Assembly (NCBI GenBank): GCA_965601925.1
Contig: OZ271854.1
Coordinates: 4,480,001 to 4,544,000, forward strand
DNA length: 64,000 nt
From: Alkalispirochaeta sp.
Lineage (GTDB): Bacteria > Spirochaetota > Spirochaetia > DSM-27196 > Alkalispirochaetaceae
Reading direction: 5' to 3'
Positions 18,940 through 28,813 of this stretch are shown piece by piece. The notes beneath the pieces were generated by a model. It ran no database searches, was not told the DNA's origin, and worked only from the letters and a program-made list of their open reading frames with translations. Position numbers and translations under genes: made by a program. Within the stretch, counting starts at the first letter, position 1; every line of letters starts with the position of its first letter.

Positions 18940-20913
18940 TCAGCCGGCGGTGGCATCCTTCGCCGGTTCCTCGTCGACAAAGCGACAGATCAGCATCGTC
19001 ATATCGTCGTGTTGTGCCGCTCCGGCGACAAAATCGTCGATGCTCGCCATCATGGTGCTCAGTACCGAAGAGCTCTCGGCGTTCCAATCGGAGCCGTTCG
19101 AGAGCGTCTGCAGCAGTGAAATGAGGCGTTCGGATCCGAAACTACGCCCCTCGGCGTCGAAGGCTTCCACCACGCCGTCGGTAAACAGCACCAGGGTCGA
19201 GCCCGGCGTAAAGGCGATCGTACGGGAGGGATATTCGCCGTCGGCCTCAATTCCGATCGGCAGTCCGTCGGCGTCGAGTTCGGTGATGCGAGGCGCATCG
19301 ACGCGGTGGACCAGCGCGGGATGGTGACCGGCGTTGGCAAAGGACAGACGCATTAGTCGCGGCTCGAAGATGATAACGCTCGCGGTAGCGAATCGATCGA
19401 GCTCGAGCGCTCCGCTCACGCCGGCGTTGATCATTTTCAACACCTCTCCCGCGTCCTGGGTCTGTTGCAGCACAATGTGGGCGATGGTTCGTACCATGAC
19501 CATAACCAATGCCGCCGGCACACCCTTCCCCGAGACGTCGCAAATGAGCACGGCGGTCCGATCGTCACCCAACGGAATGACGTCATAGTAGTCGCCGCCC
19601 ACACCGAGGGCCGGTCGACTGGTCCCCGCAAACTCCATCACCCCGTTGCGCAGCGTCGGCGGCGCCTGCAGCCGATTCTGGATGTCCCCGGCAATTTCGA
19701 TTTCCCGTTGAATACGGTAACTATAGTAGTTATCAAGGGTTACCGCGACGAAGTTCGCCATCGTACGGGCGTGATCGAACTCTACGGCGGTAAATCGGCG
19801 TGACGACTCTCGACGAATGACGCTTAACAACCCCAATACCTCATGACGAACCACCAGGGGCAACACGAGTACCGATCGAAGGTGGAGAACCCGGTCCGCG
19901 GCGTGGTCCTTGAACGCCGGCTCCTGCGCGGCGTCCTCAATGATACGCGCCGTTCCCGACGCGAGTGCCGCTCCCCATACCGGCATGTCGTGGGTGATGT
20001 CGAGGCTCATGAGAAAGCCGCGGAGCGCACCCTGCTTCGTTTTGACGATATCCGGCACGGCGACCGGGGGTGGGAAGAGGCCGTTTACGGCGCACACCCT
20101 GATCTGCCCCGCTTCCGAGATGATCGCGACCCCCGCATCCGCGTCGGTCGCCTCGACCATCGTATCTATTGCAGCGCGTAGGATCGTCTCCGGGTCGCGT
20201 CCGCTACCCAACGAACGCCCCACGCCCGAGAGAAATCCGAACAGCGAACGCGTGTTCCGACGGAGACTCCGCGTTCGCTCACGTTGCTCTTGGAGCGCGT
20301 AGTGCATTGCATAGAGCGAGAGAATCACGAAGGGCGCCAGGGCGGTAATCGCAACGACCGATTCAAACACGGCGAAGCTGAGGGGGACGGCCGCGTATAA
20401 CACGCTCTGCCCCATCAGGGCGACCTGGAGATACGGTTTGATCGTCTCGACTTCGCGTGCTCGGCGGTACGAAAAGCGATCGATCCGCAGGATCGCAACG
20501 AACGTTACGGCAAACAAGAGGAGCGGTGTGAGATAGATCACGACGCGTCGCATCATCGCGGCGTTCGCCCCTAGAAACCACGACATTCCGAACACCGCAA
20601 CCGCGACGGAAGAGCCGGCGATCGCGGCGATGAAAGTGCGGTTGGTACGGCGATATCGTCCGGTCCAACGGAGCAGCATCAGATAGACGGCAATCTCTCC
20701 GGACACTCGAACGACGGGAAGCAGAGCCGGCTGAACGATCGGCAGGAACGTTGCCGCGATATCGCGAACGAGGAGGATTTTTGCCGCAACGAGCAAAAAC
20801 GTCACGTCACCGCGGCGAGTAGCGATTCTTACGAATCGGGCGATAAGGAAGAGAAAAAGGGCGGTGAAGAACCGCGACCACAGCGGCACTGACGGCAATA
20901 GCGGCACGAGCAT
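18940..20913 (-). CDS. membrane-bound GAF + PP2C (SpoIIE/RsbU-type) serine phosphatase
   Basis: Multiple N-terminal TM segments, a GAF domain, VGGDYYD, CDVSGKG, NAGH, FTDGVVE, DDMT. Confidence 0.88.
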   Translation of the reverse strand: MLVPLLPSVPLWSRFFTALFLFLIARFVRIATRRGDVTFLLVAAKILLVRDIAATFLPIVQPALLPVVRVSGEIAVYLMLLRWTGRYRRTNRTFIAAIAGSSVAVAVFGMSWFLGANAAMMRRVVIYLTPLLLFAVTFVAILRIDRFSYRRAREVETIKPYLQVALMGQSVLYAAVPLSFAVFESVVAITALAPFVILSLYAMHYALQEQRERTRSLRRNTRSLFGFLSGVGRSLGSGRDPETILRAAIDTMVEATDADAGVAIISEAGQIRVCAVNGLFPPPVAVPDIVKTKQGALRGFLMSLDITHDMPVWGAALASGTARIIEDAAQEPAFKDHAADRVLHLRSVLVLPLVVRHEVLGLLSVIRRESSRRFTAVEFDHARTMANFVAVTLDNYYSYRIQREIEIAGDIQNRLQAPPTLRNGVMEFAGTSRPALGVGGDYYDVIPLGDDRTAVLICDVSGKGVPAALVMVMVRTIAHIVLQQTQDAGEVLKMINAGVSGALELDRFATASVIIFEPRLMRLSFANAGHHPALVHRVDAPRITELDADGLPIGIEADGEYPSRTIAFTPGSTLVLFTDGVVEAFDAEGRSFGSERLISLLQTLSNGSDWNAESSSVLSTMMASIDDFVAGAAQHDDMTMLICRFVDEEPAKDATAG

Positions 20914-20925
20914 GGGGACATGCTC

Positions 20926-20954
20926 ACTCTACCACTGTGGTCGGGGCGGGTCAA
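20926..20954 (-). promoter_or_regulatory. sigma70-type promoter of the PP2C gene
   Basis: TTGACC-N17-TAGAGT, 12 nt before the ATG. Confidence 0.55.
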
Positions 20955-21079
20955 CGAAGGCCGAAATCGGTCCGATCGTACTCATCGTGAGAGGATGCAT
21001 CGAAGGCTGCGCGAATCGTGTGAGTGACAACTTGATCGATCGCGACTGAGTGAGGTACAACTCCTTCCGGAGGTCGTAG

Positions 21080-21748
21080 TTGAAGTTTCTCGCGTGGTTA
21101 TGTTTGGTCGGCGCGGTCTGGGGCGGAAACGTGTATGGCCGGCAAAACGATGCCGACCCCCGGGACGATACGTCCTCCGATCGCGATGTAGCCATAGTAC
21201 TCCAAGCGCTCGATCGAGAGCGACGAGAGATACTACGGTTCGCCGGACTGAGCTCCGTCGCCGGCCTCGGGGCGGTGGGTCTCTATAGCACCGCTTACGC
21301 AACGCGCGGCGACGGGGTCCTCGCGCTGACGGCGTTGGGACTGTTGGCGGGGGACCTCGTTCTGGCGAACCGAGCCGTCGCCGCGACTCAGGACTACATC
21401 AACCTGGTACGATTGGTCGATCCGGGACTCGATACTCGACCCCTCTCACGCTCGGCACAAACGGTCAGAGCATCCTTTACGCTCCTTGGCGGAGGAGTGG
21501 GTGTAGCACTGGGCGGGCTTGTCGTAGCCAGCTTTCCGGCCCTCTGGTCGTTAGTCGACGGCGAAAATCGAGAACAGTTGGCGAGGACGGCCGGGTACAT
21601 TCTCATCGGCGGTGCCGTCGCGGGAGGATCAATGGTCGCAATCTCGTTTCCGTTGCGCATCGGTGGAACGATGGCGATGCGACGTCGCGTTCGATCGCTT
21701 CACGAAGAGGCGTACGCAGCAGTCGACCGGGCGAGCGGACACAACTAA
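21080..21748 (+). CDS. hypothetical membrane protein
   Basis: SD GGAGG before TTG; signal-like N-terminus and about 4 Gly-rich hydrophobic helices. Confidence 0.55.
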   Translation: MKFLAWLCLVGAVWGGNVYGRQNDADPRDDTSSDRDVAIVLQALDRERREILRFAGLSSVAGLGAVGLYSTAYATRGDGVLALTALGLLAGDLVLANRAVAATQDYINLVRLVDPGLDTRPLSRSAQTVRASFTLLGGGVGVALGGLVVASFPALWSLVDGENREQLARTAGYILIGGAVAGGSMVAISFPLRIGGTMAMRRRVRSLHEEAYAAVDRASGHN

Positions 21749-21834
21749 TCGTAGACGCAATCCGCGGCCTCACCTCCGAACGGCGCACGGCAGCCGAACA
21801 CGAACGCGGTGCGCCCACCCATACGGCACGTTTC

Positions 21835-21865
21835 GACCGTGGAGGGGCATTACCCCTCCATGGTC
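21835..21865. terminator. 13-bp hairpin between convergent genes
   Basis: GACCGTGGAGGGG-CATTA-CCCCTCCATGGTC. No U-tract on either strand. Confidence 0.45.
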
Positions 21866-21869
21866 AGCA

Positions 21870-23537
21870 TTACCGGGTTTCGATCTTGTATATCGCGACC
21901 GTACCGGAGAGCTCGTAGCCGACGACGACAAGCGGCTCGCCGTTGGGACTCTCGTCGGCGGAAATGAATACCATCCCTTCCGGGGAAATGTCGTTTCCGG
22001 GATCTCCGCTTCCGTCGTTAGAGAGCACGTACTCCACGAACACCGGTTGTGCCGGATCGGATATATCCCACACGACGAAGCCACCCAGCGCGCGCTCGAG
22101 TCCGAGAAATGCGTATGGGCGTCCTCCGACGATTCCGGTCACGACGGCCTCCGGCTCCGGTCCCTTGTCGTCGCTGCGTGCGTCGAACTCTTCGACGAGA
22201 CCGTCGTTCGCGTTGAATCCGTCGGGGGTAATACGCGACAGTACGCGTTCGAGTTCGGCGCCGGTATCGGCAAAGAGGCTGAGACTATCTCCGTCGGCGG
22301 CCCATACCGTCATGGAACGTCCGCCGTACACATAGATCTGGTCGATATCACCGTCGTCGTCGATATCGCCGGTCGCGTCGGTCGTGCGTAATCGTCCGAG
22401 GACGGCATCGTCCACGAGCGCTGCGGCGTTCGGATATGCGCCGCCGTCGAGTGTAAGGTCGGCGATGCGCGTCTCCTCGCTGTACCCGTCGTAGTCGCGG
22501 GCGTCGCCCTCGTTGGCGCTCAATAGATACTGTCGTCCGTCGATGACAATCGCCGTTATCGCATCGGGCTGGTACATCCCGAGTATCGGCGCCGTGCGAA
22601 GAAGAATCTCGCCGTCGCGGTCGCTCGTGTCCAGCTCGTTCTCCGCACGGCTGTGATCCTTGAATCCGAGCGGCACGACCGCACGAACTCGAGCGGCGCG
22701 GATATCGACGACCGCAACGGCGTTGTTCTCCTGGAGCGAGACCCAAGCTGTGCGCGAATCGTCGCTCACGGCGATATACTCAGGCTCGAGATCCTCCGCG
22801 ACGCTCGCTCCGGGGCCGAAGATGCGCACACCCTGTGCGACAAGTGCCGCCCGACGGTCGTTAAAGGCGGTAAAGTCGGCGGTGCGCACCGTCGCGCCGC
22901 CGTAGCCGGAGGAGAGGTCGACAACGGTGATCGAGCCTTCCGGGTCGACGGTATAGTCGTCCGACGGCTCTCCTTCGTCGGCGGACAAGAGGTATCGTCC
23001 GTCGGGGGTAAACGTCACCATATCGGGCAACACGCCGGCCTCGAAGGAGGCCACGACCTCGCCGTCGAGATCCATAAGAAGGAGCGTTCCCCGATCGTCC
23101 ACCTCTTCGGCCTCCATAGCAACGGCGAGGTAGCCGCCGTGTACCGCGACGCTGTTGGCGGAGGCCCCGTACCGGCCGACGTCGATATGTCGAATGAGCT
23201 CGGGCCGCGTGGGATCGGCGATATCAACGATATCGACCGACCTTTGCGCGGCGTTAACGACATAAATCCGCCGCGACTCGGCACTGTAGGCGACGATCTC
23301 CGCCGCGCCTTCGCCCAAACCGGAGTCAAAACCGCCGATCTTGTCGACGCCGACAATACTGAGCCGGTCCGCGGTATCGTGAGAGCCCTCCCGCATATCG
23401 TCGTCGTCGGTCTCACGAAGTTGGGCCCCCGAACGCGACTCCACCGCCGGAGCTCCCGCATCGTCCTGAGCTCCGCCGGCCGACACGCTTCCCACGGCGA
23501 TCAGAGCCGGGATGATCAAAAGAACGTAACGCTTCAT
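21870..23537 (-). CDS. choice-of-anchor I family beta-propeller protein (alkaline phosphatase-associated)
   Basis: AAEIVAY, GVLPDMVTFTPDG, ADEGEP, EPEYIAV, GMYQPD, ANEGDARDY, GGRS, RSDDKGPEPE, SPEG; signal peptide and SD GGAGGAGG. Confidence 0.85.
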   Translation of the reverse strand: MKRYVLLIIPALIAVGSVSAGGAQDDAGAPAVESRSGAQLRETDDDDMREGSHDTADRLSIVGVDKIGGFDSGLGEGAAEIVAYSAESRRIYVVNAAQRSVDIVDIADPTRPELIRHIDVGRYGASANSVAVHGGYLAVAMEAEEVDDRGTLLLMDLDGEVVASFEAGVLPDMVTFTPDGRYLLSADEGEPSDDYTVDPEGSITVVDLSSGYGGATVRTADFTAFNDRRAALVAQGVRIFGPGASVAEDLEPEYIAVSDDSRTAWVSLQENNAVAVVDIRAARVRAVVPLGFKDHSRAENELDTSDRDGEILLRTAPILGMYQPDAITAIVIDGRQYLLSANEGDARDYDGYSEETRIADLTLDGGAYPNAAALVDDAVLGRLRTTDATGDIDDDGDIDQIYVYGGRSMTVWAADGDSLSLFADTGAELERVLSRITPDGFNANDGLVEEFDARSDDKGPEPEAVVTGIVGGRPYAFLGLERALGGFVVWDISDPAQPVFVEYVLSNDGSGDPGNDISPEGMVFISADESPNGEPLVVVGYELSGTVAIYKIETR

Positions 23538-23691
23538 CCGTTCCTCCTCCTATGAAATTGCCGTAAAAGTTGTGCGATGTTCGTGAGAAAACCTTTACGA
23601 TTGAGTCAGGTTTGCATCAGTAGCGAGCGTGATTACTGTTGGATTGCCTCCGTAGCGCTCCACTCTGCTCTCGTGATACGATCCCGCCGTC

Positions 23692-24528
23692 ATGAAAAGA
23701 ACACTATTATCGAATCATTCGATATCGATACCGAGCGCACTCATCCTTGCGCTCTTGTTCGCGGTGAGCGCCACACGCCCGGTGCACGCGCAGTCGGCGC
23801 TCGAATGGGCCGCCGAGGAGCGTGCACGGTTTGACGGGTTACCGACCGTTTCGGTCGCCACCGACAGCACGTGGCCGCCGATGGAGTACATCAATACGGA
23901 TCGGGAGTTGGTCGGATTCGATATCGACCTCCTGCGGGAAGTGGGCCTGCGAGCCGGATTCCGTCCGGAGTTTCGGACCGTAGCGTGGGACGGTATCTTC
24001 GCCGGATTGGCGGCGCGGCAGTACGACATGATCGCATCCTCGGTCACACTCCTTGAGGAGCGTACGCGCGTCATGCGTTTTTCTACTCCCTACTTTCGCG
24101 CGGCGCAATACCTCGTCGTCCGCGCCGAGCAGGCGACGGTCGAGGAAATATCCGACCTCGCCGGAGGTACCGTAGGCGCTCAAATAGGCACCACCGGATC
24201 ACGTTTGATTGCCGCGACCCCGGGAGTCGAGGTTAGAACCTACGACGATCTCGGCCTCGCGGTCGAAGACTTGGCCAACGGTCGCCTGGAGGGTATCGTC
24301 GCCGATACGGCGATCGTGGAGTATTTCGTCATGTCGAACGAGCGCTACGGATCGATTCTTCGCGTCGTGGACGAGCCGTACGCTATTGAGGATTACGCCT
24401 TTGCAATCCGCATGGATCTTCCGGGGTTGCAGGCCGATATCAATCGAGCCTTGGTGGAGATCGAACGCGACGGAACGCTCGAGCACCTGCGCCGTTTCTG
24501 GTTTCGCAACCTCCCGGACCATCCGTAA
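23692..24528 (+). CDS. polar amino acid ABC substrate-binding protein (family 3)
   Basis: TDSTWPPMEY, GFDIDL, WDGIFAGL, GAQIGTTG. No permease genes adjacent. Confidence 0.88.
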   Translation: MKRTLLSNHSISIPSALILALLFAVSATRPVHAQSALEWAAEERARFDGLPTVSVATDSTWPPMEYINTDRELVGFDIDLLREVGLRAGFRPEFRTVAWDGIFAGLAARQYDMIASSVTLLEERTRVMRFSTPYFRAAQYLVVRAEQATVEEISDLAGGTVGAQIGTTGSRLIAATPGVEVRTYDDLGLAVEDLANGRLEGIVADTAIVEYFVMSNERYGSILRVVDEPYAIEDYAFAIRMDLPGLQADINRALVEIERDGTLEHLRRFWFRNLPDHP

Positions 24529-24552
24529 GCGCACCGTCAGGAGGAGCAAACC

Positions 24553-25410
24553 GTGCCTGAGCTCCCGGAAGTACATACCGTCGTCGAGGATTTGAGAGCG
24601 GCGGGCCTCATCGGGGCGCGTATACTCAGGGCCGACGTATCGTGGGAACGCACCGTCGGCGGAGACCCCGAAGCATTCTGCTCGGCTGTGACCGCTCGCC
24701 GTATCGACGCAGTATCGAGGCGCGGCAAGTACATCCGCGCCGATCTCAGCGGCGGGATGTCGCTTCTGGTACACCTCCGTATGAGCGGGAGACTCTTTTT
24801 AGAGAATGAGTCGGCGCCGCGTACCGGCTACGAGCGGGTCAGCCTCCTTCTTGAGGAAGAACGATCCGGACGGACGTCCAGACGAGAGTTACGGTTCCAC
24901 GATCCACGGAAGTTCGCCCGGATGATCGCCACCTCCCACCCCGATACGATTCTCGATACTTTGGGGATCGAACCGCTGGGCGCCGACTTCGACGAGGCGA
25001 CGCTCGCGACGCTTCTGACCGGTCGACGCCGTATCAAACCGCTATTGCTCGATCAGACGGTGATAGCGGGTCTCGGCAATATCTATGTCGACGAGGCGTT
25101 GTGGCACGCCCGCATTCACCCCTTGAGATCGGCGTCGTCGTTAACGGAACGCGAGATCACCGCGCTGGCGGAGGCCATTCCCCTCGTGCTCCGACGCGGT
25201 ATTCGTAACTTGGGCACCAGCCTGGGCTCGGGAAAGAGTAATTTTTACTTCCCCGACCGTACGACGCAGGCGCGTAATCAGGAGGAACTCAGGGTGTTTC
25301 GACGCACCGGCCTCCCGTGTCCGCGCTGCGGCGAGACGATAGAGCGCCTCGTCGTCGCCCAACGATCGAGTCACGTATGCCCGGTGTGCCAGTCGGCCCC
25401 GACGCGTTGA
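24553..25410 (+). CDS. mutM: formamidopyrimidine-DNA glycosylase
   Basis: PELPEV, RRGKY, HLRMSG, AGLGNIYVDE, zinc finger CPRC...CPVC. Confidence 0.95.
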   Translation: MPELPEVHTVVEDLRAAGLIGARILRADVSWERTVGGDPEAFCSAVTARRIDAVSRRGKYIRADLSGGMSLLVHLRMSGRLFLENESAPRTGYERVSLLLEEERSGRTSRRELRFHDPRKFARMIATSHPDTILDTLGIEPLGADFDEATLATLLTGRRRIKPLLLDQTVIAGLGNIYVDEALWHARIHPLRSASSLTEREITALAEAIPLVLRRGIRNLGTSLGSGKSNFYFPDRTTQARNQEELRVFRRTGLPCPRCGETIERLVVAQRSSHVCPVCQSAPTR

Positions 25411-25428
25411 TGTCCCGTCGCGCTACCG

Positions 25429-26589
25429 CTATCGCTGCTCCAACGTCCCGATAAGATCGATGAATGCGCGTCCGCGATTGAGACGCGCCAACCAATCTTC
25501 GGGAATGCCGATCTCGGCGCCGTCGGAGAAGAGGACGGCGCCCAGACTGCCCACGACCATCGCGCGACCGCAGCTGTCACCCGAGGCCAGAATGTTGCGA
25601 CGCGCCGCATCGACGAAACTTCGTGCGCCGAGCAAATTATGGAGCGCGGCGGGCACGCCGCTTGCGAGCCGGCAGGCCGGTCCGACTTTCATCGTGACGG
25701 CCTTATTGTCGCCCCGTTTCTGCTTCAGCACCGTCTCCATCACGGCGACGATATGGTCGGGACTCCCGTCCAGCGCCGAACGGATTCCTCCCTCCAGCCC
25801 GTCGATATTCGCCTCCTCCGAGAGCGCCCACCGCAAGAGCCGCGCGACGAAATGAGCCCACGCGACCGCCCGGTCGTTGTTATTGGTGACACGAACGGCC
25901 TCCTCGACGGCCGTGTCGTCGACACTCGACTCCGTGGCAATCAGGACGGGCACCGCGGTTACGGCGGGCAACTGTTCGTCGTCGGCTCCGGGAAAGTCAC
26001 GGGATTCCTCGATACGGTCGATCATACTCCGGGACAGTGCACGCTGCGACTCCGTGGCTCCCGCCGCGCGCAACGCATCCTCGACCGACGCTCCGAGCTC
26101 GCCGCCGCGCGTACGTTCGGCCGCCTCAAGGACCTTTCCGGCGACCGTACGTTTCTCTTTCTCGCTTCCGTCAAAGGGCGTACTCATCGCCCGTTCGTGA
26201 GTCGCACGTCGCCGGACGAGCATATTCGTGAGCGTTTCGCGAGTCGGCGTGTCGATGTATCCCACGTACTCACCCCCGAAGCCGAAGTGGGCCTCAAAGG
26301 TCCGGGCGTAATGTTGCCAGTCGAACCGACCGCGTTCGACGACCGACCGCAATGTCGTGAGGAGCCCTTCGCCGTACATCGAGCCGTCACCGGCGCGTCG
26401 CCCGCCGTGAGCGAAGTAGGAGGGAACTCCTTCGTAATTGGCCGGATCGGGTTCGAGGAACTCCGGGGTGTCGCCGGCGACTCGACGTACGCGCGGTTGA
26501 GAGTATATCCAGTGAAGCCCCAGAGCCGCCGCATCGGCGACCGCGGCTCCGAGTATCATCGCGCTCCGGCGTGAGGAAAATGCACTCAT
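25429..26589 (-). CDS. ADP-ribosylglycohydrolase family protein (crystallin J1/SelJ-like subgroup)
   Basis: GAAVADAAALGLHWIY, GGEYVGYID, GADD, GDSCGRA. Promoter TTGCCG-N17-TACCTT lies 7 nt before ATG 26589. Confidence 0.8.
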   Translation of the reverse strand: MSAFSSRRSAMILGAAVADAAALGLHWIYSQPRVRRVAGDTPEFLEPDPANYEGVPSYFAHGGRRAGDGSMYGEGLLTTLRSVVERGRFDWQHYARTFEAHFGFGGEYVGYIDTPTRETLTNMLVRRRATHERAMSTPFDGSEKEKRTVAGKVLEAAERTRGGELGASVEDALRAAGATESQRALSRSMIDRIEESRDFPGADDEQLPAVTAVPVLIATESSVDDTAVEEAVRVTNNNDRAVAWAHFVARLLRWALSEEANIDGLEGGIRSALDGSPDHIVAVMETVLKQKRGDNKAVTMKVGPACRLASGVPAALHNLLGARSFVDAARRNILASGDSCGRAMVVGSLGAVLFSDGAEIGIPEDWLARLNRGRAFIDLIGTLEQR

Positions 26590-26640
26590 GTCGCTAAAGG
26601 TAGGTACGTCGAAAGGCGACGGCAAGACGGAGCGCGACGC

Positions 26641-27864
26641 CTAATTGTCGAGAACGGTGATTTCTACCCGACGGTTCATACGCCTGCCCGCCTCGGTCCG
26701 GTTGTCCGCGAGCGGCTCGTCGGCTCCGACGCCGCGGTAGAGAATCTGCTCGGGGCGTCGCGTACCTCGACGTAACAGGAAGTCGCCCACCGCGCGCGAA
26801 CGTTCGATCGAGAGTGCACGTCGCCCCTCGACGGTACCGGCGAGGGCGGTGTGTCCGGTAATGAGGATATCGCGATCTCGATATTGCTCCAGGATGCGGG
26901 CGATAGATCTCAGGCGCGCCTCCTCCTCAGGAAGGATATCCGCCGAGTCCGGAGGAAAGGCTACGTTCTCCAAGACGATCGAGACTCCGTCGCGGTCGGC
27001 GATCACCGAAACGCCGTGCACGTCGCCCTCTTCCAGGAGCCGCTCCATCGTATCGATCGTCGCCGAGCGGTCGAGCGGCCTCGCCTCCAAAACCTCGGTG
27101 ACCGCGGTACCTTCGTAGGTAATCGTCTGCCCGTTGGAAAGCAAAAAATGGATCCAGTACTCCTCCTCGGAGCCGGCGAGCCGTCCCCGGCTGAAATCCC
27201 AATACAGCACCTGCGAGGACCTCCCACTTACGAGGGACGGATAGAGGGCCGCGGTGCGCCGTTCGCGGTGGGCGATAGTAAACTCCGCCTCGATGATATG
27301 CACGTTCCGTCCGCGCCATTGCCCGGGCCCGACGTAGCGATAGGAGACGGGAAACGCCATACGCAGCGGTTCCGACAGGCCGTACCCTACGCTGAGATCG
27401 TGGACCTCACGTGCCGTCGCGGTCCACTGCTCGCCGAGTTCGATGTCGGAGTCGGGAAATACCGGCAGCTCCCGGGCGACGGGCATGAGATAGGCGGCGT
27501 CGACCTCCATAAAACCGCGCGGATCGCGCGTGTAGACACTTCGATACTCGTCACGAAAGCCGACCGGGTCGCCGAAGCGTCTATCCGACTCGGTCAGGAA
27601 GAACCGCGCACGATAGTGTCCGCGACCGCCGTCGGATCCCTCCGGCTCTATCTGAACTCGTGTGACGATTTGGGCCTCCCGTACGGGGTGCCCATTCAGA
27701 GATATGGTCTGATCGTTAATCGAGATCACCCGGTACGGCTCCCGGCCGTCGATGTCGAACTGAAGCCGAACGGTATCGTCGGCGCCGAGGGAAGCCGATA
27801 CGAAAAGCGTCACGAGAAAGAGACGGAACACGCGTAGCGATCTATCGCGGAGCATACGGGCCAT
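26641..27864 (-). CDS. OmpA-like peptidoglycan-binding domain protein
   Basis: Signal peptide; C-terminal FPPDSA, ITGHTA, LSIERSRAV, NRRVEI. Confidence 0.85.
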   Translation of the reverse strand: MARMLRDRSLRVFRLFLVTLFVSASLGADDTVRLQFDIDGREPYRVISINDQTISLNGHPVREAQIVTRVQIEPEGSDGGRGHYRARFFLTESDRRFGDPVGFRDEYRSVYTRDPRGFMEVDAAYLMPVARELPVFPDSDIELGEQWTATAREVHDLSVGYGLSEPLRMAFPVSYRYVGPGQWRGRNVHIIEAEFTIAHRERRTAALYPSLVSGRSSQVLYWDFSRGRLAGSEEEYWIHFLLSNGQTITYEGTAVTEVLEARPLDRSATIDTMERLLEEGDVHGVSVIADRDGVSIVLENVAFPPDSADILPEEEARLRSIARILEQYRDRDILITGHTALAGTVEGRRALSIERSRAVGDFLLRRGTRRPEQILYRGVGADEPLADNRTEAGRRMNRRVEITVLDN

Positions 27865-28011
27865 ACTATTGTTTTCGACATCACCGGGGCATCGTTCAAC
27901 CGCGACGAAGAGGGAAATGCAGCGAACGGCGCGTTTCGGCCCTACTCAATCCGCGTACCACCTTTATCTCGGCGCCGTTTTATACTATCATCCATCGACG
28001 GTTGCAGCGGC

Positions 28012-28308
28012 ATGTCCATCTATCGCGTTCATTTTATGTGGAAAGACAAAGCGAGGACGATAGAAGCACGGGGTCTCGATATGACTCACCCGTATTTCGT
28101 CTCGATCACCGAACTCCTCTTCCCGGAGCGCAGCACGGTCATCATAGATCCGAATGACGACGAGCTACGCCGGGAATTTGGTGCGGCGCACCACCTTATG
28201 ATACCATTTCAAAGTGTGCAACTCATCGAGGAGCTGTCCAAAGACGAGTCGGAGAGCGGCGGCAAGGTGATTCCCTTCTCCGTGGCTGAGCGAGACGACG
28301 ATGGATAA
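28012..28308 (+). CDS. DUF1820-like protein
   Basis: IYRVHF...IEA...FV.I..L.F...VIIDP...EF...IP...V.LIEE pattern. Confidence 0.65.
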   Translation: MSIYRVHFMWKDKARTIEARGLDMTHPYFVSITELLFPERSTVIIDPNDDELRREFGAAHHLMIPFQSVQLIEELSKDESESGGKVIPFSVAERDDDG

Positions 28309-28813
28309 CCGGGACGTAAGTGCGCGCGTTCTATCGACGCTACGGCAGATCATTCGCGCCATCGACATCCACTCCCGATATCTCTCCAAGCAATACGGCT
28401 TGACCGGTCCGCAACTCATCGTCATCAGCGAGATCGCTCAGGCGGGCCCGATGACCATCGGTGAACTGGCACGCCGCGTGAGCCTGAGCCAGGCGACGGT
28501 CACCACGATCCTCGACCGTCTGGAGCTGAAACTGTTGGCGAACCGCGTGCGGGGCGACCGAGACAAGCGGCGTGTCTACGTCAATATCTCCGATAAGGCG
28601 CGCAAGATCCTCGAAAGTCACCCGAATTTTCTCCAAGAGACCTTCATGCGCCGCTTCAGTGCGTTGGAAGAGTGGGAGCAAACGCTCATGCTCTCTTCTA
28701 TTCAACGTATAGCGACGATGATGAACACCTCAGACCTCCCATCGGACGAGTACACGCTGGAAAGCGAGATGAAGGATCCCTCATGGATGCCGATGCGCAA
28801 CGCAAAGAGGTAA
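28301..28813 (+). CDS. MarR family regulator, EctR/CosR-like
   Basis: LRQIIRAIDIHSR, GLTGPQL, SLSQATVTTILDRLE, DKRRV, LEEWEQTLMLSSIQRIATMM. Confidence 0.85.
   Translation: MDNRDVSARVLSTLRQIIRAIDIHSRYLSKQYGLTGPQLIVISEIAQAGPMTIGELARRVSLSQATVTTILDRLELKLLANRVRGDRDKRRVYVNISDKARKILESHPNFLQETFMRRFSALEEWEQTLMLSSIQRIATMMNTSDLPSDEYTLESEMKDPSWMPMRNAKR

Noticed and set aside
20951..20978. TCAA-N16-TCCGATCG as a second sigma28 promoter
   Set aside because: Several mismatches; TCAA is already explained as the opposite-strand -35 of the PP2C gene; CGATCG is common here.
21835..21865. Hairpin as a REP or MITE element
   Set aside because: No second copy seen in the window; its position fits a 3' end structure.
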